In this document: positions 16,493 through 25,422 of the stretch, in pieces
Layout: the number at the start of each line of letters is the position of its first letter
How positions within the stretch are numbered: the stretch's first letter is position 1
Assembly: GCF_000012545.1 (NCBI RefSeq)
Contig: NC_007681.1
Location: forward strand, 1,380,001 to 1,412,000
From: Methanosphaera stadtmanae DSM 3091
Lineage (GTDB): Archaea; Methanobacteriota; Methanobacteria; Methanobacteriales; Methanobacteriaceae
Length of the DNA: 32,000 nucleotides
Reading direction: 5' to 3'
Position numbers and translations under genes: made by a program
The notes under the pieces: model-generated
What the model was told of the DNA's origin: nothing
The model's input: only the letters and a program-made list of their open reading frames with translations
Databases searched by the model: none

Positions 16493-18526
16493 ATAACCAA
16501 TGAAATAAATAATGAAGAGAAAAAAGAAGAAACCGTCCTTCAAAATAATGAAAAAGAAAATCAGGAAAACACAAACAACACAGAAAATACTAACAAAGAC
16601 AAAACCGACTTAACAAAACATGTTGTATCTGAAATTAATCCAGAAGAATATATTGATACAGATGAAATAGACATACCACCCATGTTAATTGACCAAATAA
16701 TTGGACAAGAAGAAGCAGTGGAAACTATAAAAAAAGCTGCAAAACAAAGACGTAATGTTCTACTTATAGGAGAACCTGGTATTGGTAAATCCATGATAGC
16801 TAAAGCAATGGCAGAATTATTACCACCTGAAGATTTACAAGACATACTAGTATATCCCAATGTTGAAGATACAAACAATCCATTAGTTGGAGTTATGCCG
16901 GCAGGTCAAGGTAAAAAAGTAATCGAAAATGCTAAAAAACAAAATAAAGGCCAAGAAGAACGTAGAAACATACTGATGATTACTATAATTGCATTTATTA
17001 TGGCAATAGGATTTTTAACAAATCAATTCCTAAGTGCAATAATTGCTGTGGGAATAGTGTTCTTTGCACTCTACCAACTCAGACCAAAAGGACAACAATC
17101 AACACCAAAACTTCTTATAAATAGTGATGGTAAAGAAGTAGCACCATTTGTTGATGCTACTGGAGCACATGCAGGTGCATTACTTGGTGATGTAAGACAC
17201 GACCCATACCAATCTGGAGGATTAGGAACTCCAGCTCATGAAAGAGTAGAAAGTGGAATGATACACAGAGCAAACAAAGGAGTACTATACATAGATGAAA
17301 TCGGTACAATGACCATGAAAACACAACAAGAACTCCTAACAGCAATGCAAGAACACAAGTACCAAATTACAGGACAAAGTGATAACAGTAGTGGAGCAAT
17401 GGTTAGAACAAATCCAGTTCCATGTGATTTTGTATTAGTTGCATCAGGAAACATGGAAGTATTAAAAGATATGCATATAGCACTTAGATCAAGAATACGT
17501 GGATATGGATATGAAGTATTCATGAAAGATTCCATGAAAGACACCCCTGAAAATCGTAAAAAATTAGGTCAATTTGTAGCACAAGAAGTTAAAAACGATG
17601 GAAGAATACCACATTTTACAAAAGAAGCAGTAGCAGAAGTTATTAAAGAAGCACAACGTAGAGCTGGAAAAAAAGATGCTTTAACACTCAAACTAAGAGA
17701 TCTTGGTGGACTTGTAAGGGCTGCTGGAGATGTAGCTGTTGAAGAAAATGCTAAAGAAGTAACAGTAGAACATGTACATGAAGCAAGAAAACAATCAAGA
17801 ACATTAGAACAACAAATAGCAGACAGATACATATCCCAAAGAAAAGAATACAGTGTATTCTCAAATGAAGGATCTAAAATTGGTTGTATCAATGGTTTAG
17901 CAGTTATAGGAAATTCAAGTGGTATTGTTCTACCAATAGCAGCAGAAGCAGCACCATCCCAGAGTAAAGAAGAAGGTAAAATAATTGCAGCAGGTAAACT
18001 TGGAGATATAGCAAAAGAAGCTGTGCAAAATGTTGGTGCTATTATTAAAAAAAGTATTGGTACTGACATATCAAATTATGATATACACATCCAATTTGTA
18101 CAATCATATGATGGAGTAGAAGGAGATAGTGCAAGTGTATCTATGGCTACAGCAATTATTTCAGCAATAGAAAACATACCAATCGATCAAACACTAGCAT
18201 TAACTGGTTCATTAAGTGTAAGGGGAACAGTACTTCCAATTGGTGGAGCAACATATAAAATAGAAGCTGCTGCTGAATCTGGAATGAAAAAAGTACTTAT
18301 ACCTGCATCAAACATGGATGATGTACTTATTGATAAAAAATATGTAGATCAAATCGAGATTATTCCAGTTAAAACATTGACTGATGTATTAGAACATGCA
18401 CTTGTAGGACCTCAAAAAGATGAATTTATCAAAAGTCTAAAAGAAAATAAAATTGATAAAATAAAAAATTACATACCAAATCCCACAGACATAATCAATT
18501 CTAAACCTTCCAAAAGTAACAATTAA
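16493..18526 (+). CDS. lon: Membrane-bound archaeal Lon protease (LonB); true start uncertain
   Basis: It has Walker A GEPGIGKS, two TM helices inserted in the AAA+ module (ILMITIIAFIMAIGFL..AIIAVGIVFFALYQL) and Walker B VLYIDEI. The protease Ser is in EGDSASVS and the Lys in GGATYKIEAA. The first canonical start is ATG 16682. The conserved N-terminal segment (..YIDTDEIDIPP-MLIDQIIGQ) is encoded in frame upstream of it, and the frame stays open back to 16475. I chose 16493 (ATA, 6 nt after GGAGGG) as a provisional 5' limit. See findings. Confidence 0.9.
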   Translation: MTNEINNEEKKEETVLQNNEKENQENTNNTENTNKDKTDLTKHVVSEINPEEYIDTDEIDIPPMLIDQIIGQEEAVETIKKAAKQRRNVLLIGEPGIGKSMIAKAMAELLPPEDLQDILVYPNVEDTNNPLVGVMPAGQGKKVIENAKKQNKGQEERRNILMITIIAFIMAIGFLTNQFLSAIIAVGIVFFALYQLRPKGQQSTPKLLINSDGKEVAPFVDATGAHAGALLGDVRHDPYQSGGLGTPAHERVESGMIHRANKGVLYIDEIGTMTMKTQQELLTAMQEHKYQITGQSDNSSGAMVRTNPVPCDFVLVASGNMEVLKDMHIALRSRIRGYGYEVFMKDSMKDTPENRKKLGQFVAQEVKNDGRIPHFTKEAVAEVIKEAQRRAGKKDALTLKLRDLGGLVRAAGDVAVEENAKEVTVEHVHEARKQSRTLEQQIADRYISQRKEYSVFSNEGSKIGCINGLAVIGNSSGIVLPIAAEAAPSQSKEEGKIIAAGKLGDIAKEAVQNVGAIIKKSIGTDISNYDIHIQFVQSYDGVEGDSASVSMATAIISAIENIPIDQTLALTGSLSVRGTVLPIGGATYKIEAAAESGMKKVLIPASNMDDVLIDKKYVDQIEIIPVKTLTDVLEHALVGPQKDEFIKSLKENKIDKIKNYIPNPTDIINSKPSKSNN

Positions 18527-18540
18527 ATAATAACCTCTTC

Positions 18541-18554
18541 TTTTTTTATTTTTT
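18541..18554 (+). terminator. Oligo-T tract (T7-A-T6) after lonB
   Basis: It begins 15 nt after the lonB stop. Archaeal termination typically uses oligo-T runs. Confidence 0.5.
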
Positions 18555-18809
18555 AAAAATCATTATTAACTATTTTCCAAGATATACATAAATAGTAATA
18601 AGTAGAAAAATTAACACTAGAAATAAAAAAAATAATAATTCTTTTTTTTAAAATAATACTAAAATTTAAAATAAAAAAAGAACATAATATTCATTTTAAA
18701 AGATGTAACATAAGTAATAGAAGAATACGCCAGTATTATTACACAGAATATCCTATAAAATGAAAGAAATATAAAAGATAATTATACTCTGAAACAGGAG
18801 AACCAAAAA

Positions 18810-20561
18810 ATGGAAAAATTAAAATTTAAAGACTTAAATATATCTCCCGAAATACAAAAAGCAGTTGCAGATATGGGTTTTGAAGAAGCATCACCTATTC
18901 AATCATTAGCAATACCTCAAATATTAGCCCATAAAGATGTTACTGGTCAAGCTCAAACTGGAACTGGTAAAACTGCTGCATTTGGAATACCATTACTTGA
19001 AAATATAGATAGTGAAGATAATAATTTACAAGCAATTATTTTATGTCCTACACGTGAATTAGCAATACAAGTAGCAGAAGAATTAAGAAAATTATCTGTT
19101 TACCTTCCTAAAATAGATGTACTTCCAGTTTATGGTGGTCAACCAATAGATAGACAAATTAAAGCATTACAAAAAGGTGTTCAAATAATAATAGGTACAC
19201 CAGGACGTGTAATGGATCATATTGATAGGGGAACTTTAAGTTTAAATAACATTAAAACAGTAATCTTAGATGAAGCTGATGAAATGTTAGATATGGGTTT
19301 TAGAGAAGATATTGAATATATTTTAGAAGATATCCCATATGAAAGACAATTCCTATTATTCTCTGCAACATTACCTCAAGAAATACTTCAATTAGCACAG
19401 AGATACCAGACAAATCCAGAGATTGTTAAGGTTACAAAACATGAATTAACAACACCTGATGTTGAACAGAAATATTTTGAAGTTAAAGAAGATATGAAAC
19501 TTGAACTATTATCTAGATTATTAGATTTACATGATTTTGATTTATCATTAGTATTTTGTAATACAAAAAGAAAAGTTGATAAACTTGTAAGTCACCTTCA
19601 AATAAGAGGATACCTTGCAGATGGATTACATGGCGATCTTACACAAAATCAAAGAGATCGAGTAATGAGTAAATTTAAAAAGGGAAATATCGAAATATTG
19701 GTTGCAACAGATGTTGCTGCTAGAGGTATTGATGTTGGTGGTGTTGAAGCAGTATTTAACTTTGATATACCAAATGATAATGAATATTATGTTCATAGAA
19801 TAGGACGTACTGGAAGAGCTGGAAAAACTGGAAAAGCATACAGTTTCGTATCTGGACGTGAAATATATCAACTAAGAGATATTCAAAGATATGCTAAAAC
19901 TAAAATAGAACAAGCACCTATTCCTGCCCTTAGTGATGTTGAAGAAGTTAAAAAAGATAACTTCATTGAAGAATTAAAAGAAAAAATTAATACTGAAGAT
20001 ATTTCCAAAGAAACATACATAATTGAAAAATTAGTTGAAGAAGACTATAACTCAATAGATATTGCTGCTACTTTACTTAAAGGAGTAATTGATGATAAAC
20101 GTTATAAAGAAGAAGAATTTGGAGATACTGAAGCTCATGAAGGATTTGTACGTTTCTTTATGAGTGTTGGTAGAAAACAAAACATTACAATTAGTGTAAT
20201 ATTAAATTCCATCTATGAAAAAACTGGACTTACAGGTCATCAAATAGGTAACATTGACATATTTGATAATTTTTCATTTGTAGAAATTCCAAAGGCTAAT
20301 GCTTCAGATTTCTATAGATTTATGGGTGATACCTATATAGAAAATAAACGTGCACATATAGAACCTGCACGACCTAGAGATAAATCTAAGAAAAACAATA
20401 CCCGAAATAACAATAGGAATTTTAATAAAAAACGAGGACGTAAAAGTAAAAAATTTAATCCACATAGAAATGATTATCATCAAAAAGATAGTTATAGAAA
20501 GGATACTTATCGAAAAGAAAGTAAATTTAGAAAAGATAATTATGGAAATGAATCATATTAA
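18810..20561 (+). CDS. deaD: DEAD-box ATP-dependent RNA helicase with a DbpA-type C-terminal RNA-binding domain and a basic tail
   Basis: Motifs seen: Q-motif FEEASPIQ, AQTGTGKT, DEAD, SAT and HRIGRTGRAG. The C-terminal GFVRFFMSVGRKQNITISVILNSIYEKTGLTGHQIGNIDIFDNFSFVEIP is DbpA-RBD-like. The last ~70 aa are K/R/N/Y-rich (DSYRKDTYRKESKFRKDNY). AGGAG lies upstream of the ATG. Confidence 0.9.
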   Translation: MEKLKFKDLNISPEIQKAVADMGFEEASPIQSLAIPQILAHKDVTGQAQTGTGKTAAFGIPLLENIDSEDNNLQAIILCPTRELAIQVAEELRKLSVYLPKIDVLPVYGGQPIDRQIKALQKGVQIIIGTPGRVMDHIDRGTLSLNNIKTVILDEADEMLDMGFREDIEYILEDIPYERQFLLFSATLPQEILQLAQRYQTNPEIVKVTKHELTTPDVEQKYFEVKEDMKLELLSRLLDLHDFDLSLVFCNTKRKVDKLVSHLQIRGYLADGLHGDLTQNQRDRVMSKFKKGNIEILVATDVAARGIDVGGVEAVFNFDIPNDNEYYVHRIGRTGRAGKTGKAYSFVSGREIYQLRDIQRYAKTKIEQAPIPALSDVEEVKKDNFIEELKEKINTEDISKETYIIEKLVEEDYNSIDIAATLLKGVIDDKRYKEEEFGDTEAHEGFVRFFMSVGRKQNITISVILNSIYEKTGLTGHQIGNIDIFDNFSFVEIPKANASDFYRFMGDTYIENKRAHIEPARPRDKSKKNNTRNNNRNFNKKRGRKSKKFNPHRNDYHQKDSYRKDTYRKESKFRKDNYGNESY

Positions 20562-20591
20562 TTCATTCCCCAACTCTTTTTATTAAAGTAA

Positions 20592-21467
20592 TTATATATT
20601 TTTCAAATGGTTAGCTATTGTTTTAGCCACACTTATTTTTGCAACTTCACTTTTTAATGTATTTGTTGCTTGTACAGAATTTGATCCAGCAGCATTTATT
20701 TTTAGTATAGCATCATTAACTAACACTGGATGAACACATATAACATCTACTGCCTTTGCACCTTGTTGTTTTAGTATGTTAATTGCATTTACAATAGTTC
20801 CACCAGTACTTATTATATCATCAATTATAATTACTGCTCTATTTTTAACAGAAATATTTTTAGTTTTTGTTTTAACTTTTTCTGGTGATAATCTTACTTT
20901 TTCTAAATAATCATGATCTGTGTTAAGTAGTGTTGCTACTTCTTTTGCAAAGTTTTCTGCTCCCTTATCTGGTGCTAATATAATAGGTTTTTTCTCAGGA
21001 TAATTCTCACGTATATGTTCTGCTATTGCAGGCATTGCTGATAAATTATCTACAGGTATATCATATAAATCACATATACTTTCTTCATGTAAATTTATTG
21101 ATATTAAATGTTTTACTCCCATTGTTTGAATTAATTTAGCTGTAGCTTTAGCTGATATACATTCTATTTCTTTAAATCTACGTTCTTGACGACTATATCC
21201 AAGATATGGTGATACAAGTGTTATATTTGTTACATTCATATCACTAAGAGTATCTAAAATAAAAAATAATTCCATCATATTTTCATCTTGAGGATATCCT
21301 GTAGATTGAATTATTATTACATGTTCATCTTCTGATATTTCATCTTTTATTCTAAAATATCTTTCACCATCAGGAAACTTCTTTGTTTCAACTGAACATA
21401 ATTTATCATTCATTTCTCTTGCTACTTCTGTAGCTAATGCTTGTGATGCAGATCCACCAATAATCAC
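20592..21467 (-). CDS. prs: Ribose-phosphate pyrophosphokinase (PRPP synthetase)
   Basis: It has the PRPP-binding loop AVIIIDDIISTGGTIVNA and the SPYLGYSRQERR flexible-loop motif. The start is GTG at 21467..21465, with GGAGAG 9 nt upstream. Confidence 0.9.
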   Translation of the reverse strand: MIIGGSASQALATEVAREMNDKLCSVETKKFPDGERYFRIKDEISEDEHVIIIQSTGYPQDENMMELFFILDTLSDMNVTNITLVSPYLGYSRQERRFKEIECISAKATAKLIQTMGVKHLISINLHEESICDLYDIPVDNLSAMPAIAEHIRENYPEKKPIILAPDKGAENFAKEVATLLNTDHDYLEKVRLSPEKVKTKTKNISVKNRAVIIIDDIISTGGTIVNAINILKQQGAKAVDVICVHPVLVNDAILKINAAGSNSVQATNTLKSEVAKISVAKTIANHLKNI

Positions 21468-21726
21468 TTAATACTACTCTCCTTATTTTATTCTAAATAA
21501 TTACCATATGACTTTTATTAATATTATTCTATTAATATTCAAGTTATCTACTATTAATTTATGATTTTTATTTCTAATATATTTCATTAATTTTATCTAA
21601 AAAAAAATATTAAAAGTTAAACATTATAATACTATTTAGCACATATATAATAATTACAAAGAAAAATAAAATAAAAATAAATTAATTAATTTATATTGAA
21701 AAATACAATAGTGGAGTTAAAAAAAA

Positions 21727-22110
21727 ATGCATGAATTATCCATGGCAAATAGTATGGTTGAAGCTATACTTGATACTGCAAAGAAAAATAATGCTATTAA
21801 AATAACTGAAGCCATTTTAGAAGTTGGAGAACTCACTATGCTTAATCCTGAACAGTTACGTTTTATGATGGATATTTTAAGAGAAGATACTATCTTCGAG
21901 GATGCTGAAATCATAATTAACATGATACCTATTGAAGTAGAATGTGAAGATTGTGGTTTTCATGGAATTAGTAAAACTGATGAAGGTATGGATCATTTAA
22001 TGGCTGTAGCCACCTGTCCTGAATGTGACAACACTCATGTTCATATTCTAAAAGGACAAGAATGTAATATTAAAACTATAAAAATTGAGAGGGAAGATGA
22101 AAATGCATAA
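21727..22110 (+). CDS. hypA: Hydrogenase nickel-insertion protein HypA
   Basis: It has the canonical MHE N-terminus ([15 protein letters not shown]) and the zinc site CEDCGF...CPECDN. Confidence 0.9.
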
Positions 22111-22759
22111 TATTGCTAGTATAGAAGTTGAACAAGACATAATCCAAGCTAATGATAAATTAGCTTCTGAAAATAGAAAAAAATTTGAAGAAAAAGATAT
22201 TTTTGCTGTTGATTTAGTTGGAGCTGTAGGTTCTGGTAAAACATCACTTCTTGAAACTTTAATTGATGAAATGGATGATAAAATCGGTGTTATTGCAGGA
22301 GATATACTAAGTAAATTCGATGCAAAAAGAATTGAAAATAAAAATGTACCTGTAAAAGGACTTAATACTGGAAAAGAATGTCATCTTGATGCTCATCTTG
22401 TTGAACATGCACTACCTGATATCCCATTAGATGACATTTCCATATTATTCATAGAAAATGTAGGAAACCTAATTTGTCCAGCTGACTTTAATCTTGGAGC
22501 ACATGTTAGAACAGTTATTATCAGTGTAACTGAAGGTGATGATACTGCTGAGAAACATCCAATGATTTTTAAAGGAGCAGACATGGCTATTATCAACAAA
22601 GTAGATTTAGCTGAAGCTGTAGGTGCAGATGCTGATAAAATGGTTGAAGATGTTAAAACAATAAATCCTGATATACCTGTTGTTAAATGTAGTTTAAAAA
22701 CTGGTGAAGGTGTAGATGAAATTATTAGTCTATACAAGAAATTCCAAAATAAAGAATAA
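22103..22759 (+). CDS. hypB: Hydrogenase maturation GTPase HypB
   Basis: It has [12 protein letters not shown] (G1), [10 protein letters not shown] (CH-type metal site) and INKVDL (G4). I prefer ATG 22103, with GAGAGGG 9 nt upstream and an ATGCATAA overlap with the hypA stop. Alternatives are 22097 and 22085. Confidence 0.9.
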
Positions 22760-22792
22760 GTTTTAAAAACTTATTTTATCTACTTTTTTTTT
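22757..22792 (+). terminator. Palindrome TAAGTTTTAAAAACTTA plus a T9 tract after hypB
   Basis: The palindrome (22757..22773) starts at the hypB stop. The T9 run is at 22784..22792. Confidence 0.5.
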
Positions 22793-22821
22793 AAAAAAAT
22801 AATAAATAGGATGCTATTGTT

Positions 22822-23859
22822 ATGAAGATATGGATAGATATTGTAAATACACCCCATGTACGATTTTTTAATGGAATTATTAAAAAATTAAGAAAAGATG
22901 GACATGAAGTACTAATAACTGCTAGAGATTTTTCAAATATTCATGATTTACTTGATATTTTTGGATTAGAATATACATCTATTGGTGATCATGGAGTTAC
23001 TCTTGAAGAAAAACTATTATCCAGTACAAAAAGAGCATACGATCTATCCAAATTTATTAGTAAAGAAGATATTGATATTGCAATTACTAAACATTCAATT
23101 GAACTTCCACGTGTAGCTTTTGGACTTGGAATTCCAAATATTTTTATTTTAGATAATGAACATGCAATTGCTGCTAATAAATTAACACTTCCATTAACAA
23201 ACAAATTAATAATTCCAGAAATCTTTGATGTATGGAATACTATTAAATTTGGAATGAATCCCAACAACATTGTACAATACAATGGAACCTGTGAAATTAC
23301 TCATCTTGAGGATTTTAAATACAATGAAAAGATATTAGAAACTCTTAACTTAGATTTAGATGATAATAAAAAAATTATTCTAATGAGACCTGAGCCTTCA
23401 TTAGCATCATACTTACATACTGATTGTACAAAGTCTGTACTAACACCAATTGTTAATGAATTAAAAGACATTGCAAACATACTAGTTATTCCTAGATTTA
23501 AAGCACAAAGTACAATATTTAAAGATATTCCACATGTACATGTTATAAAAACACCTGTAGATACATTTAGTTTAACAAAAAGAGCAGATCTTTTAATTGG
23601 CGCTGGAGGTACTATGAATCGTGAAGCTGCACTGCTTAAAACTCCAGTAATTTCATGTTATCCTGGAAAAGTACTATCTGTAGATAAATATTACATTGAA
23701 AAAGGTTTAATGAAGCGTTCAACAGATTTAAATGAAATTATAAAGTTGGCTAAAGAATTATTAACAAAAAAATCTAAAGAAGTAGAATTAAAAACAGATA
23801 ATCTTATTGATTTAATTGTTGATGAAATATATAAAACATACAAGGAATTTAATAAATAA
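22822..23859 (+). CDS. DUF354-family protein (GT-B fold, MurG / UDP-GlcNAc 2-epimerase-like)
   Basis: The N-terminal MKIWIDIVNTPHVRFFNGIIKKLRKDGHEVLITARD and C-terminal ADLLIGAGGTMNREAALLKTPVISCYPG follow the two-Rossmann GT-B pattern. The family assignment is by recollection of DUF354 sequences. Confidence 0.75.
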   Translation: MKIWIDIVNTPHVRFFNGIIKKLRKDGHEVLITARDFSNIHDLLDIFGLEYTSIGDHGVTLEEKLLSSTKRAYDLSKFISKEDIDIAITKHSIELPRVAFGLGIPNIFILDNEHAIAANKLTLPLTNKLIIPEIFDVWNTIKFGMNPNNIVQYNGTCEITHLEDFKYNEKILETLNLDLDDNKKIILMRPEPSLASYLHTDCTKSVLTPIVNELKDIANILVIPRFKAQSTIFKDIPHVHVIKTPVDTFSLTKRADLLIGAGGTMNREAALLKTPVISCYPGKVLSVDKYYIEKGLMKRSTDLNEIIKLAKELLTKKSKEVELKTDNLIDLIVDEIYKTYKEFNK

Positions 23860-23870
23860 AACATTAAAAA

Positions 23871-23944
23871 TGGACTAGTCGGGAGTTGAACCCGAGGCCT
23901 CCGCCATGCCAAGGCGACACTCTACCAAGCTGAGCTACTAGCCC
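23871..23944 (-). tRNA. tRNA-Ala (anticodon GGC)
   Basis: The reverse complement is GGGCTAG TA GCTC..GAGT G TCGCC TTGGCAT GGCGA .. TCGGG TTCAACT CCCGA CTAGTCC A. The G3:U70 alanine identity pair is present and the anticodon loop TTGGCAT gives GGC. Confidence 0.9.
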
Positions 23945-24245
23945 TTTAAAAAAATAATACTTAATTATTTTAATAATATGTTTTTATAATATTTATGTCT
24001 TATTATAAATTTTTTAAAAAATAGATATTATAATCACCATTAATTTAGTTTTTAACTTTTTTATAAACATACCTTTCCATTAAATGTAACTACTTATTTT
24101 TTTAATTTTACATAATTATTAATAAAACAAATGAAATAATATAAACATAGTTAAATTATAATGAAATAATTTATTATTCAAAAATTATAATAATTCAAAA
24201 AAAAATAGATTCAAAAATTGAATTTATTGGAGGATAGATGATTAT

Positions 24246-25337
24246 ATGGCATTAATAGCTACAAACCACCTTGCCTTAATAATTGAATTTGCTATATTAA
24301 TGCATATTGGAATTCTTTTACTTTTAAATTTCCTACCATTAAATAGTAATGTGGTATACATGTTATCTTTGGTATTAGGTGCTGGAATAACTTTGATGTT
24401 TTTTATAGATGCAGTTTGCCTATTACTACCTATGCTCAGTCATCATGAGTTTACACACCCATATGGTCCTATAGCAATATTTGTTATAGTAACTTCGTGG
24501 GCAATGACGTATATGTTACAAGGACAAGGTGTAAGAACATCAAATTTAAAATTGTTGGTTTTACTTGAAACTATGGGTATAGCTATCTTTGGAGCAGTTG
24601 TTCATCGTGACTTCTTAATTATGTTCATTTTAGGTATTCTTATAGGATTTTTCATACTTGATAAAACCAATGGAAAAGGAAAACATGAACATTCAATATT
24701 AACACCACGAAATATGCTTCTTGTAGTTGTAGCAATGTTCTTATTATTTGGTATTATGGAAGGTTTATCTCAAGTATTACATATGGAAATTATAAGTCCA
24801 TTATCAAGAATTGATCGTATGAATGCAAATCAATTTTCAAGTCTTAAATTAGTTATTGATAACACTAACTTATTTGGACATTCAGCAAATGCTACATATT
24901 GGGGAAATTCAAGTATGGGAAATAGTGATGGATACATATCACTACCATTAACATTCATAACATCCTTTGGTTTACCATTCCCATTGTTTTATGGTATCCT
25001 TGTTACAAAAAAAGACATAATAGATTATTTCTTACCAGGAATATTTGGAATTGGATTCGACTTTGGATATCTTGCATTAGCTGCTGTAATTATTTGGATT
25101 TTAGTAGTTATAATCATAGGACTTGTTATATTAAATAAATATAAATTACAACGTGAACGTGGAAGTAAACGATATATAGGAAGAGAAGCACTTTTAATAG
25201 GATCATTATCAGCATTTATTGCTCAAACAATTCTTGGATTGTTTATTATCACAAGGACAATTAATGGTTCAGCACTTGTAACCTATCTCTTCTTAAGTGC
25301 TATGGTTATGGCACATGTTGTAACAACAAAAAGATAA
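24246..25337 (+). CDS. Polytopic integral membrane protein (about 10-11 TM) with one large external loop; function unknown
   Basis: 363 aa and strongly hydrophobic. GGAGGA lies 11 nt upstream of the ATG. The ~60-aa loop after TM6 carries N-x-S/T sequons (NATY, NSSM) and LFGHSANATYWGNSSMGNSDGYISLPLTFITSFG. Confidence 0.75.
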   Translation: MALIATNHLALIIEFAILMHIGILLLLNFLPLNSNVVYMLSLVLGAGITLMFFIDAVCLLLPMLSHHEFTHPYGPIAIFVIVTSWAMTYMLQGQGVRTSNLKLLVLLETMGIAIFGAVVHRDFLIMFILGILIGFFILDKTNGKGKHEHSILTPRNMLLVVVAMFLLFGIMEGLSQVLHMEIISPLSRIDRMNANQFSSLKLVIDNTNLFGHSANATYWGNSSMGNSDGYISLPLTFITSFGLPFPLFYGILVTKKDIIDYFLPGIFGIGFDFGYLALAAVIIWILVVIIIGLVILNKYKLQRERGSKRYIGREALLIGSLSAFIAQTILGLFIITRTINGSALVTYLFLSAMVMAHVVTTKR

Positions 25338-25351
25338 AACATAAACTCCCA

Positions 25352-25369
25352 TTTTTACTCTTTTTTTTT
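25352..25369 (+). terminator. Oligo-T tracts (T5 ... T9) after the membrane-protein gene
   Basis: T5 is at 25352..25356 and T9 at 25361..25369, starting 15 nt after the stop. Confidence 0.5.
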
Positions 25370-25422
25370 AGAAAAAAATATTTTACATAAATATAAAAAC
25401 TGTATTATAAGGAAGTTTTCAT

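Noticed and set aside
17569-18069. 166-aa minus-strand ORF, along with 17236..17544 and 16561..16878, antisense to lonB
   Set aside because: These sit opposite a gene with unambiguous LonB motifs. Their products are low-complexity and S/A/L/C-rich, with no SD or motif. This is typical shadow-ORF behaviour.
22393-22737. 114-aa minus-strand ORF inside hypB
   Set aside because: This is an antisense shadow of a well-supported GTPase gene.
23691-23912. 73-aa minus-strand ORF spanning the DUF354 3' end and tRNA-Ala
   Set aside because: It overlaps a canonical tRNA-Ala and the end of a well-supported CDS, so it is spurious.
23871-23944. tRNA-Ala as an integration site flanking a genomic island
   Set aside because: I could find no integrase, no partial direct repeat of the tRNA 3' end and no obviously foreign gene block on either side.
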